Below, one piece after another: positions 46,111 to 56,322 of a DNA stretch of 64,000 nucleotides. Origin of the DNA: Acidimicrobiales bacterium (GTDB lineage Bacteria; Actinomycetota; Acidimicrobiia; Acidimicrobiales; DATDAH01); contig JAEUJM010000043.1 of the NCBI GenBank assembly GCA_016794585.1, positions 182,847-246,846 of the forward strand, read 5' to 3'. The number at the start of each line of letters is the position of its first letter. Within the stretch, counting starts at the first letter, position 1. Both the position numbers and the translations under genes were made by a program. The notes under the pieces were generated by a model that worked only from the letters and a program-made list of their open reading frames with translations, had not been told where the DNA came from and searched no databases.

Positions 46111-47430
46111 TCAGTCGCGTTCGGCGACGAGGCCCCGGGCGCGGCACCACGATCGGGCGGCGCCGACCACGTAGAGCGAGCCGGCGACGACCACGACGTC
46201 GTCGGGCCCGGCGCGCCCGAGCACCTCGTCGAGGGCGTGAGCGACCGTCTCGATGCGCCGGCCACGGAGGCCGAGGGTGGCGGCGGCCTCGACCACGACC
46301 GAGGCCGGCTGGGCGCGCGGCGAGTCCGGCGTGCACACGACGAGCTCGTCGTCGGCACCGACGCCGAGGGCGCGCAGCATCTCGACGGCGTCGCGGCCGT
46401 CGAGGAAGCCCAGAACGAAGTGGCGCCGGCCGGCGGAGGCGAACCCTTCGGTCAAGGTGGCTGCCAGCGAGGACGCCCCGTCCGGATTGTGGGCGCCGTC
46501 GAGGACGACGAGGGGCTGGTGGCCCACCACCTCGAACCGGCCCGGGACCACGACGCCGGCCAGCGCCTCGGTGACGACGTCCTCGTCGAGCGGGCGTCCG
46601 ACGAAGGCCTCGGTCGCGGCCAACGCGATCGCCGCGTTGTCCCCCTGGTGGGCGCCGTGCAGGGGCAGGAAGAGCTGGTCGTAGGTGGCACCGGGGGTGC
46701 GCACGTCGATCAGGCGGCCGCCGATGGCCAGTTGGTTGGCCAGGCAGCCGAAGTCCTCGTCGCGGCGCCAGACCTCGCCGGCGCCGGCAGCCGCGAAGAT
46801 CGGGGCGAGGTCCGGGTCGGTCTCCCCCAGCACCAGGGTGGCGCCCGGCTTCACGATGCCGGCCTTCTCCTCCGCGATCGCCGCCCGCCAGCCGGGACCG
46901 CCGTCGGTGTGGTCAAGGCCCACGTTGGTGATCACGGCCACCGCCCCGTCACCGGCGTTGGTGGCGTCGTAGCGACCCAGCAAGCCGACCTCGACCACGG
47001 CGACGTCGACGGCCACGTCGGCGAACCACTTGTAGGCCGCCGCGGTGAGGATCTCGAAGTACGAGGGCGGGCCGACGGCGGCTTCCAGCAACGGCTCGAC
47101 CCGGGCCACATCGGCCAGGAGCTCGGCCAGCGTCTCGTCGTCGACGGGGCGGCCGTCCCACCGGAGGCGTTCGTTGAGGCGCTCCAGGTGGGGGCTCGTG
47201 TAGCTGCCGACGCTCAAGCCCAGGGCCTGGAGCAGCGCGGCCACCATCCGCACGGTCGAGCCCTTGCCGTTGGTGCCGGTGACATGCACCACCGGCACGT
47301 CGCGCTGGGGGTCGCCGAGCGCGGCCAGCACGGCGCGGATGCGGTCGAGGGACAGACCTTCGATGCGTCCTGCGGTGGCTTCCCGGTTGACGTGGCCGTG
47401 GAGGTACTCGAGCGCGGTGGTCAGCTCCAC
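46111..47430 (-). CDS. folC: Bifunctional folylpolyglutamate synthase / dihydrofolate synthase
   Basis: Mur-ligase motifs [13 protein letters not shown] and AAYKWF... plus the FolC C-terminal domain. Start is set at GTG 47430, downstream of the preceding small ORF stop. The ORF track extension to 47547 would overlap that gene by about 110 nt. Confidence 0.8.
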   Translation of the reverse strand: MELTTALEYLHGHVNREATAGRIEGLSLDRIRAVLAALGDPQRDVPVVHVTGTNGKGSTVRMVAALLQALGLSVGSYTSPHLERLNERLRWDGRPVDDETLAELLADVARVEPLLEAAVGPPSYFEILTAAAYKWFADVAVDVAVVEVGLLGRYDATNAGDGAVAVITNVGLDHTDGGPGWRAAIAEEKAGIVKPGATLVLGETDPDLAPIFAAAGAGEVWRRDEDFGCLANQLAIGGRLIDVRTPGATYDQLFLPLHGAHQGDNAAIALAATEAFVGRPLDEDVVTEALAGVVVPGRFEVVGHQPLVVLDGAHNPDGASSLAATLTEGFASAGRRHFVLGFLDGRDAVEMLRALGVGADDELVVCTPDSPRAQPASVVVEAAATLGLRGRRIETVAHALDEVLGRAGPDDVVVVAGSLYVVGAARSWCRARGLVAERD

Positions 47431-47437
47431 CGAGTCG

Positions 47438-47665
47438 TCACCCGCCCTCGGCGGTGGGTGCGCCGAGGCGGCGGGCGCGGCGCTGTTGGCGCCAGGCGGC
47501 CGCCATCCCCACCGCGAGCCCGACGGCGCCGCCCTGCACGGCCCCACGGGTCGCCTGGCGGGCCACCAGCTCGGCCGGGTCCTCTTCGCGGCGCACGGTC
47601 TGGGCCACGGCCACCGCGGCGCCCACCACGGCGCCGACCACGAGGCCCTGCACGAGTCGGCTCAC
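47438..47665 (-). CDS. Small hydrophobic protein (DUF4233-like membrane protein found between folC and upstream genes in actinobacteria)
   Basis: A 75-aa ORF with two hydrophobic stretches ([26 protein letters not shown]) and high GC3. Its position matches the conserved small membrane protein next to folC (the Rv2446c position in M. tuberculosis). Confidence 0.45.
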   Translation of the reverse strand: MSRLVQGLVVGAVVGAAVAVAQTVRREEDPAELVARQATRGAVQGGAVGLAVGMAAAWRQQRRARRLGAPTAEGG

Positions 47666-47678
47666 CGCAGGGTCGGGA

Positions 47679-48959
47679 TCAGGAAGCGGCGCGGCGCGGG
47701 CGCGGCTGGTGGGTCGGCTCGCCCCGCGGCACGAGCGTGGGGTTGACCTTCTCGTTCACCACCGCGCCGTCGATCACGCACTTGCCGACGTCACCCCGGC
47801 TGGGGAGGTCGTACATCACGTTGAGGAGGACCTCCTCGATGATCGAGCGCAGGCCGCGGGCACCGGTCCCCCGCTTGAGGGCCTGGTCGGCGACTGCGTC
47901 GAGGGCGTCGTCGGTGAACTCGAGCTCGACGTCTTCGAACTCGAAGAACTTGCGGTACTGCTTGACCAGCGCGTTGCGGGGCTCGACGAGGATGCGGATG
48001 AGGGCTTCGCGGTCCAGGTTGGCGACCGCCCCGACCACGGGGAGGCGGCCGATGAACTCGGGGATGAGGCCGAACTTCAGCAGGTCCTCGGGGAGGACCT
48101 GGGTGAAGATGGCCCCGAGGTCCTTCTCGTTGGACTGGCGGATGTCGGCCCCGAAGCCGACGCCCTTGTTCCCGGCCCGGGCCTCGATGATCTTCTCGAT
48201 GCCGGCGAACGCACCACCGCAGATGAACAGGATGTTCGTGGTGTCGATCTGGATGAACTCCTGGTGGGGGTGCTTGCGACCCCCCTGCGGCGGCACCGAC
48301 GCGGTGGTGCCCTCCAGGATCTTGAGCAGGGCCTGCTGCACACCCTCGCCCGAGACGTCACGGGTGATCGACGGGTTCTCGCTCTTGCGGGCGATCTTGT
48401 CGATCTCGTCGATGTAGATGATGCCGGTCTCGGCCTTCTTGACGTCGTAGTCCGCGGCCTGGATCAGCTTGAGGAGGATGTTCTCGACGTCCTCGCCGAC
48501 GTAGCCCGCCTCGGTGAGCGCGGTCGCGTCGGCGATGGCGAAGGGGACGTTGAGCATCCGCGCCAGGGTCTGGGCCAGCAACGTCTTGCCGCAGCCCGTG
48601 GGCCCGATCAGCATGATGTTGGACTTCGCCAACTCGACGTCGTCCTCGCCCTTGCCGGCACCCTCGAGCTGGACGCGCTTGTAGTGGTTGTAGACGGCGA
48701 CGGACAGGATCTTCTTCGCCTGTTCCTGGCCGATGATGTAGTCGTTCAGGAACTGGTAGATCTCGCGGGGCTTCGGCAGCTCGTCGAAGCGCAGCTCGGA
48801 GGTCTCGGAGAGCTCCTCTTCGATGATCTCGTTGCACAGATCGATGCACTCGTCGCAGATGTAGACGCCCGGGCCCGCGATGAGCTTCTTGACCTGCTTC
48901 TGCGACTTGCCGCAGAACGAGCACTTGAGGAGCTCGCCCCCGTCTCCGAACTTGGCCAC
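47679..48959 (-). CDS. clpX: ATP-dependent Clp protease ATP-binding subunit ClpX
   Basis: Zinc-finger N-terminus [11 protein letters not shown]...CDECI, Walker [13 protein letters not shown] and the full AAA+ ClpX body. Confidence 0.95.
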   Translation of the reverse strand: MAKFGDGGELLKCSFCGKSQKQVKKLIAGPGVYICDECIDLCNEIIEEELSETSELRFDELPKPREIYQFLNDYIIGQEQAKKILSVAVYNHYKRVQLEGAGKGEDDVELAKSNIMLIGPTGCGKTLLAQTLARMLNVPFAIADATALTEAGYVGEDVENILLKLIQAADYDVKKAETGIIYIDEIDKIARKSENPSITRDVSGEGVQQALLKILEGTTASVPPQGGRKHPHQEFIQIDTTNILFICGGAFAGIEKIIEARAGNKGVGFGADIRQSNEKDLGAIFTQVLPEDLLKFGLIPEFIGRLPVVGAVANLDREALIRILVEPRNALVKQYRKFFEFEDVELEFTDDALDAVADQALKRGTGARGLRSIIEEVLLNVMYDLPSRGDVGKCVIDGAVVNEKVNPTLVPRGEPTHQPRPRRAAS

Positions 48960-48992
48960 GTCAGTCCCTTCCCCCGGTGCGCTCTGTCGACC

Positions 48993-49631
48993 CTACGAGC
49001 TGACCGCCTGGATCGGGCCGCTGGTGTCGACCAGGTCCCGGGCGGAGATCACCTCATCGATGATGCCGTACTCCTTGGCTTCCTGCGCGGACATCACGAA
49101 GTCACGGTCGGTGTCGACGTTGATCTTCTCGACGGGCTGGCCCGTGCAACCGGCCAGGATCGTCTCGAGGGTGGTGCGCATGCGAAGGATCTCGCGGGCC
49201 ACCAGCTCGATGTCGGACACCTGGCCACCGGCCTGGCCGTAGGGCTGGTGCAGCAGCACCCGGGAGTGCGGCAGGGCCATGCGCTTGCCCTTGGTCCCGG
49301 CGGCGAGGAGCACCGCGGCGGCCGAAGCGGCCTGGCCGAAGCAGATGGTGGTGATGTCGGGCTTGACGTACGACATCGTGTCGTAGATCGCCAGCAGGGC
49401 GGTGATGTCGCCGCCCGGGCTGTTGATGTAGATGTTGATGTCCTTGTCGGGGTTCTCCGACTCGAGGTGCAGGAGCTGCGCGCAGATGAGGTTGGCGACC
49501 GTGTCGTCGATGGGCGTGCCCAGGAAGATGATGTTCTCCTTGAGCAGGCGCGAGTAGAGGTCGAAGGCACGCTCGCCACGGTTCGTCTGCTCGACGACGG
49601 TCGGGACGAGGTAGTTGCGGATGGGCTCCAT
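48993..49631 (-). CDS. clpP: ATP-dependent Clp protease proteolytic subunit ClpP
   Basis: The internal ATG gives [38 protein letters not shown]. Catalytic Ser/His/Asp region: [11 protein letters not shown] ... HQP. The long N-terminal extension in the ORF track is antisense artefact. Only one clpP copy is present here. Confidence 0.95.
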   Translation of the reverse strand: MEPIRNYLVPTVVEQTNRGERAFDLYSRLLKENIIFLGTPIDDTVANLICAQLLHLESENPDKDINIYINSPGGDITALLAIYDTMSYVKPDITTICFGQAASAAAVLLAAGTKGKRMALPHSRVLLHQPYGQAGGQVSDIELVAREILRMRTTLETILAGCTGQPVEKINVDTDRDFVMSAQEAKEYGIIDEVISARDLVDTSGPIQAVSS

Positions 49632-51091
49632 CAGGGGGCGTCCTGTTCTGTGGGCTCGGCGTCGGTGGGTTCGGGCTCGGCGTCGCTGGGTTCGGACTCG
49701 GTGGTGGCGCTCGCGGTCGTCTCGCCCTCGTCGTCCTTCTCGGTGTCGTCGGTGGCGTCGGCGTCGTCGTTCTCGGCAGGCGGCTCGAGGGCGGCACGGT
49801 CGACGGGGTTGCCGTCGCCGTCGACGAGGGTGACCTGCTCGACGAGCCACTCGAGTGCGGCCCGCTTGCGCAGGTCGGCGCGCAGCCCGGCGGTGCCGGC
49901 GTGGTGCTCGAACTGATGGCGCACGTCCTCGACGGACTCGTTGAAGCGCTCTGCGAGACGCTCGTACTCGGCCTCGAGCTCCTCGTCGGTGGCGTCGAGG
50001 CCCTCGGCCTCGGCGATGGCCCGCAGGCCGAGGTCGATCTTCACGGCCTGTACCGCCCCGTCGCGCAGCTCGGCGAGCATCGACTCTGGATCCTGCCCGG
50101 TGATGGCGGCGTACTGCTCGAGGTCCATCCCCTGGGCCTGGAGGCGCATGGCGAGGTTCTGGAGCTGGTCCTGCATCTCGGCCTGGACCATCGCCTCGGG
50201 CAGCTCGAGCTCGACGAGCTCGGCGAGGGCCTCGGCGGTACGGGCCTGCGCGGCCATCGCGGCCTGAGCGGCCCGGACCCGGGTCATGCGGTCGACGTAG
50301 TCGGCCCGCAGCTCGGCGACGGTCTCGAACTCGGAGGCCTCGTTGGCCCACTCGTCGGTGACCTCGGGCAGGACCTTCTCCTTGACCTCCTTGACGAGGA
50401 CCCGGAAGTGCAGACCGCCGTCCTCGTCGGGGTCGGGGTGCTCGGCGTCGAACTCCAGGATGTCCCCGACCTTGGCCCCGGTGAGCTGGGCGTCGATCTC
50501 GGGGACGATGCCCTCGCTGCCGAGGGGGTAGAGGTAGTCGTCGGCGGTCAGGCCCTCGACGGCCTCGCCACCGACCGAACCGGCGATGTCGATGCGGACG
50601 TGGTCGCCTTCGCGGGCCGGCCGCTCGACGGTCTCGAGCTCGCCGAACTGCTCGCGCAGGCGCTCGACCTGGGCGTCGATCTCCTCGTCGGTCGGGACCG
50701 GCGAGGGGATCTCGACCTCGAGCCCGGCGTAGCCCTCGAGGGTGATCTGCGGGCGGACCTCGACGACGGCGTCGAAGGCCACCGGCCCGGCCTCCTCACC
50801 GTCGGTGATGTCGATCTCGGGGGCGGCGATGACGTCGACCTCGTGCTCGCGCACGGCCTCGGCGTAGTAGCCGGGAAGCGCCTCCCGCAGGGCCTCCTCG
50901 CGGGCCACGCCCGTGCCCAGACGAGCCTCCAGGAGCTTGCGGGGGGCCTTCCCCGGCCGGAAGCCGGGGATCTTGATCTCGTTGGCGATGCGCTTGAACG
51001 CCGAGTCCACCGCCGTTTCGAATTCAGCCTCGTCGACTTCGACGGAAAGCTTGACCTTGTTGCCCTCGAGGGTCTCGACGCTCGTCTTCAC
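49631..51091 (-). CDS. tig: Trigger factor (ribosome-associated chaperone / PPIase)
   Basis: [24 protein letters not shown]... is the trigger-factor N-terminus, followed by an FKBP-type PPIase and a C-terminal chaperone domain with an acidic tail. Start is set at GTG (about 51091). The ORF track extension would overlap the tRNA-Pro gene. Confidence 0.9.
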   Translation of the reverse strand: MKTSVETLEGNKVKLSVEVDEAEFETAVDSAFKRIANEIKIPGFRPGKAPRKLLEARLGTGVAREEALREALPGYYAEAVREHEVDVIAAPEIDITDGEEAGPVAFDAVVEVRPQITLEGYAGLEVEIPSPVPTDEEIDAQVERLREQFGELETVERPAREGDHVRIDIAGSVGGEAVEGLTADDYLYPLGSEGIVPEIDAQLTGAKVGDILEFDAEHPDPDEDGGLHFRVLVKEVKEKVLPEVTDEWANEASEFETVAELRADYVDRMTRVRAAQAAMAAQARTAEALAELVELELPEAMVQAEMQDQLQNLAMRLQAQGMDLEQYAAITGQDPESMLAELRDGAVQAVKIDLGLRAIAEAEGLDATDEELEAEYERLAERFNESVEDVRHQFEHHAGTAGLRADLRKRAALEWLVEQVTLVDGDGNPVDRAALEPPAENDDADATDDTEKDDEGETTASATTESEPSDAEPEPTDAEPTEQDAP

Positions 51092-51153
51092 AGGCGGCTG
51101 AGTGTAACGGTCCGTCCTGTTCGCCCACGCCATCTCGCTACGGTTGTCGGCGA

Positions 51154-51227
51154 CGGGGAGTAGCGCAGCCAGGTAGCGCACCTGCTTTGGGAGCAGGGGG
51201 TCGCGGGTTCAAGTCCCGCCTCCCCGA
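51154..51227 (+). tRNA. tRNA-Pro (anticodon TGG)
   Basis: A 74-nt cloverleaf was folded by hand: acceptor CGGGGAG/CTCCCCG, D-stem GCGC, anticodon stem CCTGC/GCAGG with loop TTTGGGA, T-arm GCGGG-TTCAAGT-CCCGC, discriminator A. No encoded CCA. Coordinates are accurate to about 1 nt. Confidence 0.8.
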
Positions 51228-51258
51228 CGTCGGCCCTCGACTACCGTCGCGGGTCCTC

Positions 51259-51332
51259 GCGGGTGTAGCTCAATGGCAGAGCCTCAGGCTTCCATCCTGA
51301 TGACGCGGGTTCGATTCCCGTCACCCGCTCCA
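51259..51332 (+). tRNA. tRNA-Gly (anticodon TCC)
   Basis: GCGGGTG-TA-GCTC-AATGGCA-GAGC-C-TCAGG-CTTCCAT-CCTGA-TGAC-GCGGG-TTCGATT-CCCGT-CACCCGC-T-CCA. The cloverleaf was folded by hand. CCA is encoded. Coordinates are accurate to about 1 nt. Confidence 0.8.
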
Positions 51333-51355
51333 CCGCCACCGCCCACGCGGCGGGC

Positions 51356-53989
51356 TCAGACCGGAGCCGCCTCGCGGTCCCCGTCCGGCGCGACGGCGTC
51401 GACCGCATCGTCGTCGGGGGGCGAGGCCAGCACGGCGCTGAGCCCGACCAGCAGCCAGATGTAGCGGGTCCAGATGTGCTCGAGGAACGACGCGAGGACC
51501 ATGTGGGCCACGAACGTGAGGGTCACCGCGTAGAGGACGAGGTCGTGACCCGCGAGCCGGCGGCGTGCCCAGGTCAGGCGGAACGCGGGACGCACGGTCG
51601 ACAGCGCGACGAGGAGCCAACCGGCGAGCCCGATGGCGCCCAGCCCGACCCAGATCTCCAGGTGCCCGCTGTGGGGCCCGGTCGTGGAGCGGTTCACCAT
51701 CCCGTCACCGACGATCAGGGCGTGGTCCCCGGCCTGGTCCAGGCGGTCGCGTGCGAGGTTGAACCGGGCGTCGGTCGAGGTCTCGGAGAACTGGCTGGCC
51801 GCCGTGTCCGTCCGCAGGAGCAGGCGGTCGACCACCGGGAGCCGCACGAGGCTGGCGAACCCGAGCGCGAAGACGATCAGGGCCACGCCGCCCACCCCGG
51901 CGACCCACCGGCCCTTGCCCATGCGGACGACCTTGACGGCCAGGAACATCAGCGCGACGACGACCGCCACGACGGCGCTGCGCGACCCGCTCCAGAGCAT
52001 GCCGCCGACGAGCGGGACGATGGCGACGGCGTACCAGCGCCAGCGCCGCTCGTGCGCGGCGAGCACGCAGGCCATCACCAGCGCGAGGGCGCAGTACACC
52101 CCGAGGTGGTTCGCGTTGCCGGTCAGCCCGGTCGCCCGGTCGGTGGTGTTGGCCACGTCACGCCAGGGCTCGGTGAACGAGAGCTTGGTGATCGAGGCGA
52201 AGGCCCCGAGGCCGGCGGACAGCGCGGCGCCGGTGATGAAGGCCTGGAGCAGGCGGCGCACCGTCCGCCAGTCGGGGTCCCACCAGGCCAGGAGGACCCA
52301 GGCCATCACCATCGTGGTCAGCAGGCGCCCGTGGAGCACGGCGCTGTCGATCGGGGTGTCGGAGAACGCCAGGCTCACCACGGAGCCCACGGCGAGGAGC
52401 ACGGCACCGGCGCGCAGGAGCCAGGGTGCGAGCCGCCAGGGCGACCGCCCGAACGGCCCCCAGAGCACGGCGAGGCCGGCGGCGAGCGCGAGGGGCACGT
52501 CCGCTCCGGCGACGGTCTTGGTCACCCGGAGACTGACGAGGGGCATGAGGAAGAACGACAGCGTCATCAGCTGTGCGATGCGATTGCGGCGGCGCACCGG
52601 ATCCGCGGGCCACGCGGCTCCCGGCGGCCGCGCCATCCCCAGGTAGGCCACCACCGCGACGATGAGCCAGAGGTAGCGGTTCCAGATGTTGTTGACCGTG
52701 AGCGCCGTGACGACGAAGGCCACGAACCCGGCGCTGAACGCGAAGCGCACCCCTTCGCGCTCGTCGAGGCGATCACGCCGCCAGGCGGTGCGCAGTGCCG
52801 GCGCGCAGGTGAGCGCGCAGACGACGAGCCAACCCACGATGCCCAGCGCGCCGAGCCCCAGCCAGACCTCGAAGTGGCCGTTGTGGACCGAGGTGGCGGG
52901 CTGCTCGCGGAGGCCGGAGCCGACGAGGAGGCTTTCCATGCCGCGGTCGTCGAGCGCCCGGTTGAACAGCTCGATGCGGACGTCGGTCGATTCGACGCTG
53001 AGCGCGCTCGCCGTGGTGTCGGTCCGCAGGAGGAGGCGGTCGATGGTGGGGACCCGCACGAGGCCGCTGACGGTGACGACCACGAAGAGCAGGCCGACCG
53101 CGGCTGCACCGGCCACGACGCGTTGGTGACCCGTGCGCACGAGGCGCACGGCCACGAGGACGAGACCGACGGCGACACCGACCATCGCCCCCCGTGACCC
53201 CGAGTAGGCGATGCCGAGGACCTGCACGACGACGGCCACGGTGTACAGCGCTCGGGCGCGGCGGTCGTGAGCAAGCGTGGCCAGCACCGCGGCGAACACC
53301 GCGCCGATGGCGGTGACGACACCGAAGATGTTGGCGTTGCCGGCGAGCCCCGTGGCCCTGCCCACGCCGCTCTCGAAGTCGGCGAAGTAGTGCGAGGAGG
53401 AGGCCGCCACGGTGCCGATGACCGAAGACACCGACGCCGAGACCACATACACCGAGGCGCAGCGGCGCAGGAGCCGGGTGCTCGGGTCGGCGCCGAGGAG
53501 CACCACGAAGCAGAGCACCGCCACCCCGGCGAGCCGTGCCAGCAGCTCGACGCTGCTCGCCGACGTCGGCGAATACGCCTCACGGGCGAAGTCGGAGAGC
53601 GCCTCGGACGCACCCGGGATGATGGGACTGGTCGCGTCGGCGCCGGCGAAGAGCAGGCCGAGGACCCCCCCGGCGGCCATCAGCGCCAGACCGAGCGCCA
53701 ACCGGGGCCGGATGATCGAGTCGATCGACCGCCACCGGTGTGCGGAGAGCACCACCGCGAGGCCCGCCAGCACGAGGCTGACGTCGGCCAGCGTGATGTG
53801 CGGCCCGATCCGCTCGAGCTGCACGGGCGTCAGCGCGAACGTGAGCAACAGCAGCAGGTCGGCCACCGGCCGCAGGTCGCCGCTGCGCACGCGTCCCCAC
53901 ATCCCCCACGGGGCGGCTCGCGGCGACTCGTCGGCGACCGGCGCACCCGGTTCGATCCGTCGGTCGACGACGGGCGCGGTCACGGCCAC
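51356..53989 (-). CDS. Large polytopic membrane protein with two tandem O-antigen ligase/polymerase (Wzy_C-like) domains
   Basis: 877 aa with more than 20 predicted TM helices. The Wzy_C-like core (..SGSRGAMVGVAVGLVLVA.. / ..SGSRSAVVAVVVALMFLA.. each followed by ..HNGHFEVWLGLGALG.. / ..HSGHLEIWVGLGAIG..) occurs twice. This indicates an internal duplication or fusion. Confidence 0.65.
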   Translation of the reverse strand: MAVTAPVVDRRIEPGAPVADESPRAAPWGMWGRVRSGDLRPVADLLLLLTFALTPVQLERIGPHITLADVSLVLAGLAVVLSAHRWRSIDSIIRPRLALGLALMAAGGVLGLLFAGADATSPIIPGASEALSDFAREAYSPTSASSVELLARLAGVAVLCFVVLLGADPSTRLLRRCASVYVVSASVSSVIGTVAASSSHYFADFESGVGRATGLAGNANIFGVVTAIGAVFAAVLATLAHDRRARALYTVAVVVQVLGIAYSGSRGAMVGVAVGLVLVAVRLVRTGHQRVVAGAAAVGLLFVVVTVSGLVRVPTIDRLLLRTDTTASALSVESTDVRIELFNRALDDRGMESLLVGSGLREQPATSVHNGHFEVWLGLGALGIVGWLVVCALTCAPALRTAWRRDRLDEREGVRFAFSAGFVAFVVTALTVNNIWNRYLWLIVAVVAYLGMARPPGAAWPADPVRRRNRIAQLMTLSFFLMPLVSLRVTKTVAGADVPLALAAGLAVLWGPFGRSPWRLAPWLLRAGAVLLAVGSVVSLAFSDTPIDSAVLHGRLLTTMVMAWVLLAWWDPDWRTVRRLLQAFITGAALSAGLGAFASITKLSFTEPWRDVANTTDRATGLTGNANHLGVYCALALVMACVLAAHERRWRWYAVAIVPLVGGMLWSGSRSAVVAVVVALMFLAVKVVRMGKGRWVAGVGGVALIVFALGFASLVRLPVVDRLLLRTDTAASQFSETSTDARFNLARDRLDQAGDHALIVGDGMVNRSTTGPHSGHLEIWVGLGAIGLAGWLLVALSTVRPAFRLTWARRRLAGHDLVLYAVTLTFVAHMVLASFLEHIWTRYIWLLVGLSAVLASPPDDDAVDAVAPDGDREAAPV

Positions 53990-54022
53990 CGGGCGATGCT
54001 AATCACGCGCCGCCGGCCCGGT

Positions 54023-55153
54023 TCAGGCGTGGAAGATCGGACCCAGCTTGAAGGTGCGGTTCGTCTGGCCGAACCAGGTGCGGTCCTGCTCGGCACCGGG
54101 GCCCCACCAGAAGATGTCGGACCGCCGGTCGCCGTCGAAGTCGCCGACGAAGGGCTTGTACGTGCCGCTGACGGTGATCTTCTTGCTGGTGAAGCCCGCC
54201 GAGGTCGACCACCAGACGTAGTCCTGGGCGCCACCCTTCTTGTACCAGAGGATGTCGGTGCGACCGTTGCCGTCGTAGTCGCCCGGGAGCGGGTGGTCGT
54301 AGTGGCCGTCCACCTCGAGCCGCATGCGGCGGAAGTCGTAGTTGGTCTCGCCGTACCAGATCCAGTCGTCGGTCGAGCCGCCCTTGTACCAGAAGATGTC
54401 CGCCCGGCGGTCGCCGTTGAGGTCGCCCACGAACGGGGCGTAGGTGTTGGTGACGCCGAGGGGCGCGACGGTGAACGTGCGGTCGGCGTTGGAGCGCCAC
54501 ATGGCGGTCTGACCCGGCTTGTACCAGACGATGTCGGTGCGGCCGTCGCCGTTGTAGTCACCAGGGAGGGCCGCCACGTACGAGCCGGGGACCGCGACCG
54601 CCATCTGGTCGTAGGCGTTGTCCGTGCGGCCGTACCAGATGAAGTCCCCGGCCGCCCCGGGGCCGTAGAAGAAGATGTCCGAGCGACGGTCGCCGTTGAA
54701 GTCACCGGTGAAGGGCTTGTAGTCGCCGCCGGCGACCGACGGCTCCATCTCCGCGAAGCCGCGGTCGGCCTTGCCCTGCCAGCGACGGTCGACGGTGCCC
54801 GGGCTGTACCAGAAGATGATGTCGCGGCCGCTGCCGTTGAAGTTGCCGGTGACCGGGCGCGAGTCGGTGGGCACGGGCGTGGGGACGACGACCTCGGGAT
54901 CGGCCGTCGCCGACTCCGCCGGCGGCGTCGCCGGCATGGTGGTCGCCGGGGCGGTGGTCGGAGGGGCCGTGGTGGTCGCCGGCCCCTCGGGAACGACCGG
55001 GACCGCGGTGGTCGCCGGCACCTCGACCGGCACTGGGGCGGCGGTGGTCACCGGCGTCTCGCCAGGCACCGGTTCCTGGGCCGACGCGGGGGCACCGACG
55101 GCGCCACACGCGACGACAACCGCGAGGATCGTCAACTGCAGGGTCTTGCGCAC
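54023..55153 (-). CDS. Secreted FG-GAP/VCBS-like repeat protein with Pro/Thr-rich linker
   Basis: Signal peptide, a PT-rich linker, then at least 6 repeats of ...TGDFNGDGRSDIFWYxPG...W (FG-GAP-like beta-propeller blades). Confidence 0.7.
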   Translation of the reverse strand: MRKTLQLTILAVVVACGAVGAPASAQEPVPGETPVTTAAPVPVEVPATTAVPVVPEGPATTTAPPTTAPATTMPATPPAESATADPEVVVPTPVPTDSRPVTGNFNGSGRDIIFWYSPGTVDRRWQGKADRGFAEMEPSVAGGDYKPFTGDFNGDRRSDIFFYGPGAAGDFIWYGRTDNAYDQMAVAVPGSYVAALPGDYNGDGRTDIVWYKPGQTAMWRSNADRTFTVAPLGVTNTYAPFVGDLNGDRRADIFWYKGGSTDDWIWYGETNYDFRRMRLEVDGHYDHPLPGDYDGNGRTDILWYKKGGAQDYVWWSTSAGFTSKKITVSGTYKPFVGDFDGDRRSDIFWWGPGAEQDRTWFGQTNRTFKLGPIFHA

Positions 55154-55263
55154 AACTACTCCCTCTCGTGCGTGGCGTTCGCCGCGCCGCGCCTCCAGTA
55201 TCGCCGTCCGCCGGCCACCAGTATCGTCGGGAGCCGGTCAGCGGCGCGGGATGGTCGCTTCCC

Positions 55264-55337
55264 GCCCCCGTAGCTCAGCGGATCAGAGCAGGTCACTTCT
55301 AATGACAAGGTCGCAGGTTCGAATCCTGCCGGGGGCG
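55264..55337 (+). tRNA. tRNA-Arg (anticodon TCT)
   Basis: GCCCCCG-TA-GCTC-AGCGGATCA-GAGC-A-GGTCA-CTTCTAA-TGACA-AGGTC-GCAGG-TTCGAAT-CCTGC-CGGGGGC-G. One G-A mismatch at the base of the anticodon stem. No encoded CCA. Confidence 0.75.
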
Positions 55338-55397
55338 CCGATGGCGCGGTGCGGGCCGGCGCGGGCCCTCGTGGACCCGACGCACTAGACAGGCCCC

Positions 55398-56270
55398 ATG
55401 CGCTTCTCCTACGCCGAGGCCATGTGCGACGTGTCGCACTACGCCCCCCTCGCCCAGGCCGCCGACGACGCGGGGTGGGACGCCATGGTGATCCCCGACT
55501 CGATCTGCTACCCGCGGGACTCCGACTCGACCTACCCGTACACCGCGGACGGCGACCGTGAGTTCCTCGACGGCAAGCCCTTCATCGAGCCCTTCGTGCT
55601 CATCCCCGCGCTGGCCGCGGTCACCACGCGGCTGCGCTTCCACACGTTCGTCGTGAAGCTGCCCATCCGCCAGCCGGTGCTGGTCGCGAAGCAGGCGGCG
55701 TCCGTCGCCGTCCTGTCGGGCAACCGCTTCGGCTTCGGGGTCGGGCTGAGCCCGTGGCCGGAGGACTTCGTGGTCACCGGCACCGAGTGGCGGGCCCGGG
55801 GCAAGCGCATGGACGAGATGATCGACATCATGCGCGGCCTCTGGACCGGCGAGTTCTTCGAGTACCACGGCGACCACTACGACCTGCCCGCGGTGAAGAT
55901 CACGCCCGCCCCGACCGAGCCCATCCCGCTGCTGGTCGGCGGGCAGACCGACGCCGCGCTCCGGCGGGCGGCCCGGGTCGGCGACGGCTGGATGCACGCC
56001 GGCATGGGCGACGGGTCCGACCTCGGCACCCACCTGGACAGGCTGCACGAACTGCGAGCCGAGTACGGCCGCACCGATGCCCCCTTCGAGGTGCACGTGA
56101 TCTCCCTCGACGGCTACTCGGCCGACGGCGTGAAGCGCCTCGAGGACCTCGGCGTGACCGACGTGATCGTGGGCTTCCGCGACCCGTACACGATGCCCGA
56201 CACCGACCTGCAGCCGAAGCTCGACGCCCTCCGCCAGTTCGCCGACACCGTCATCGCCGCCACGAGGTGA
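55398..56270 (+). CDS. LLM-class (luciferase-like) F420/flavin-dependent oxidoreductase
   Basis: TIM-barrel LLM motifs (MVIPDSICYPRD..., FHTFVVKLPIRQPVLVAKQAASVAVLSGNRFGFGVG), full length. Confidence 0.8.
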   Translation: MRFSYAEAMCDVSHYAPLAQAADDAGWDAMVIPDSICYPRDSDSTYPYTADGDREFLDGKPFIEPFVLIPALAAVTTRLRFHTFVVKLPIRQPVLVAKQAASVAVLSGNRFGFGVGLSPWPEDFVVTGTEWRARGKRMDEMIDIMRGLWTGEFFEYHGDHYDLPAVKITPAPTEPIPLLVGGQTDAALRRAARVGDGWMHAGMGDGSDLGTHLDRLHELRAEYGRTDAPFEVHVISLDGYSADGVKRLEDLGVTDVIVGFRDPYTMPDTDLQPKLDALRQFADTVIAATR

Positions 56271-56322
56271 CGATGACGGCGGCGGGCGGCCGCCGCCAGG
56301 GGCGTTGCTAGCCTCGCCCCGG

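Noticed and set aside
49632-50351. 240-aa N-terminal extension of the ClpP ORF
   Set aside because: It overlaps the 3' end of tig. ClpP begins at the internal ATG ([12 protein letters not shown]...). The extension is an R/G/P-rich artefact.
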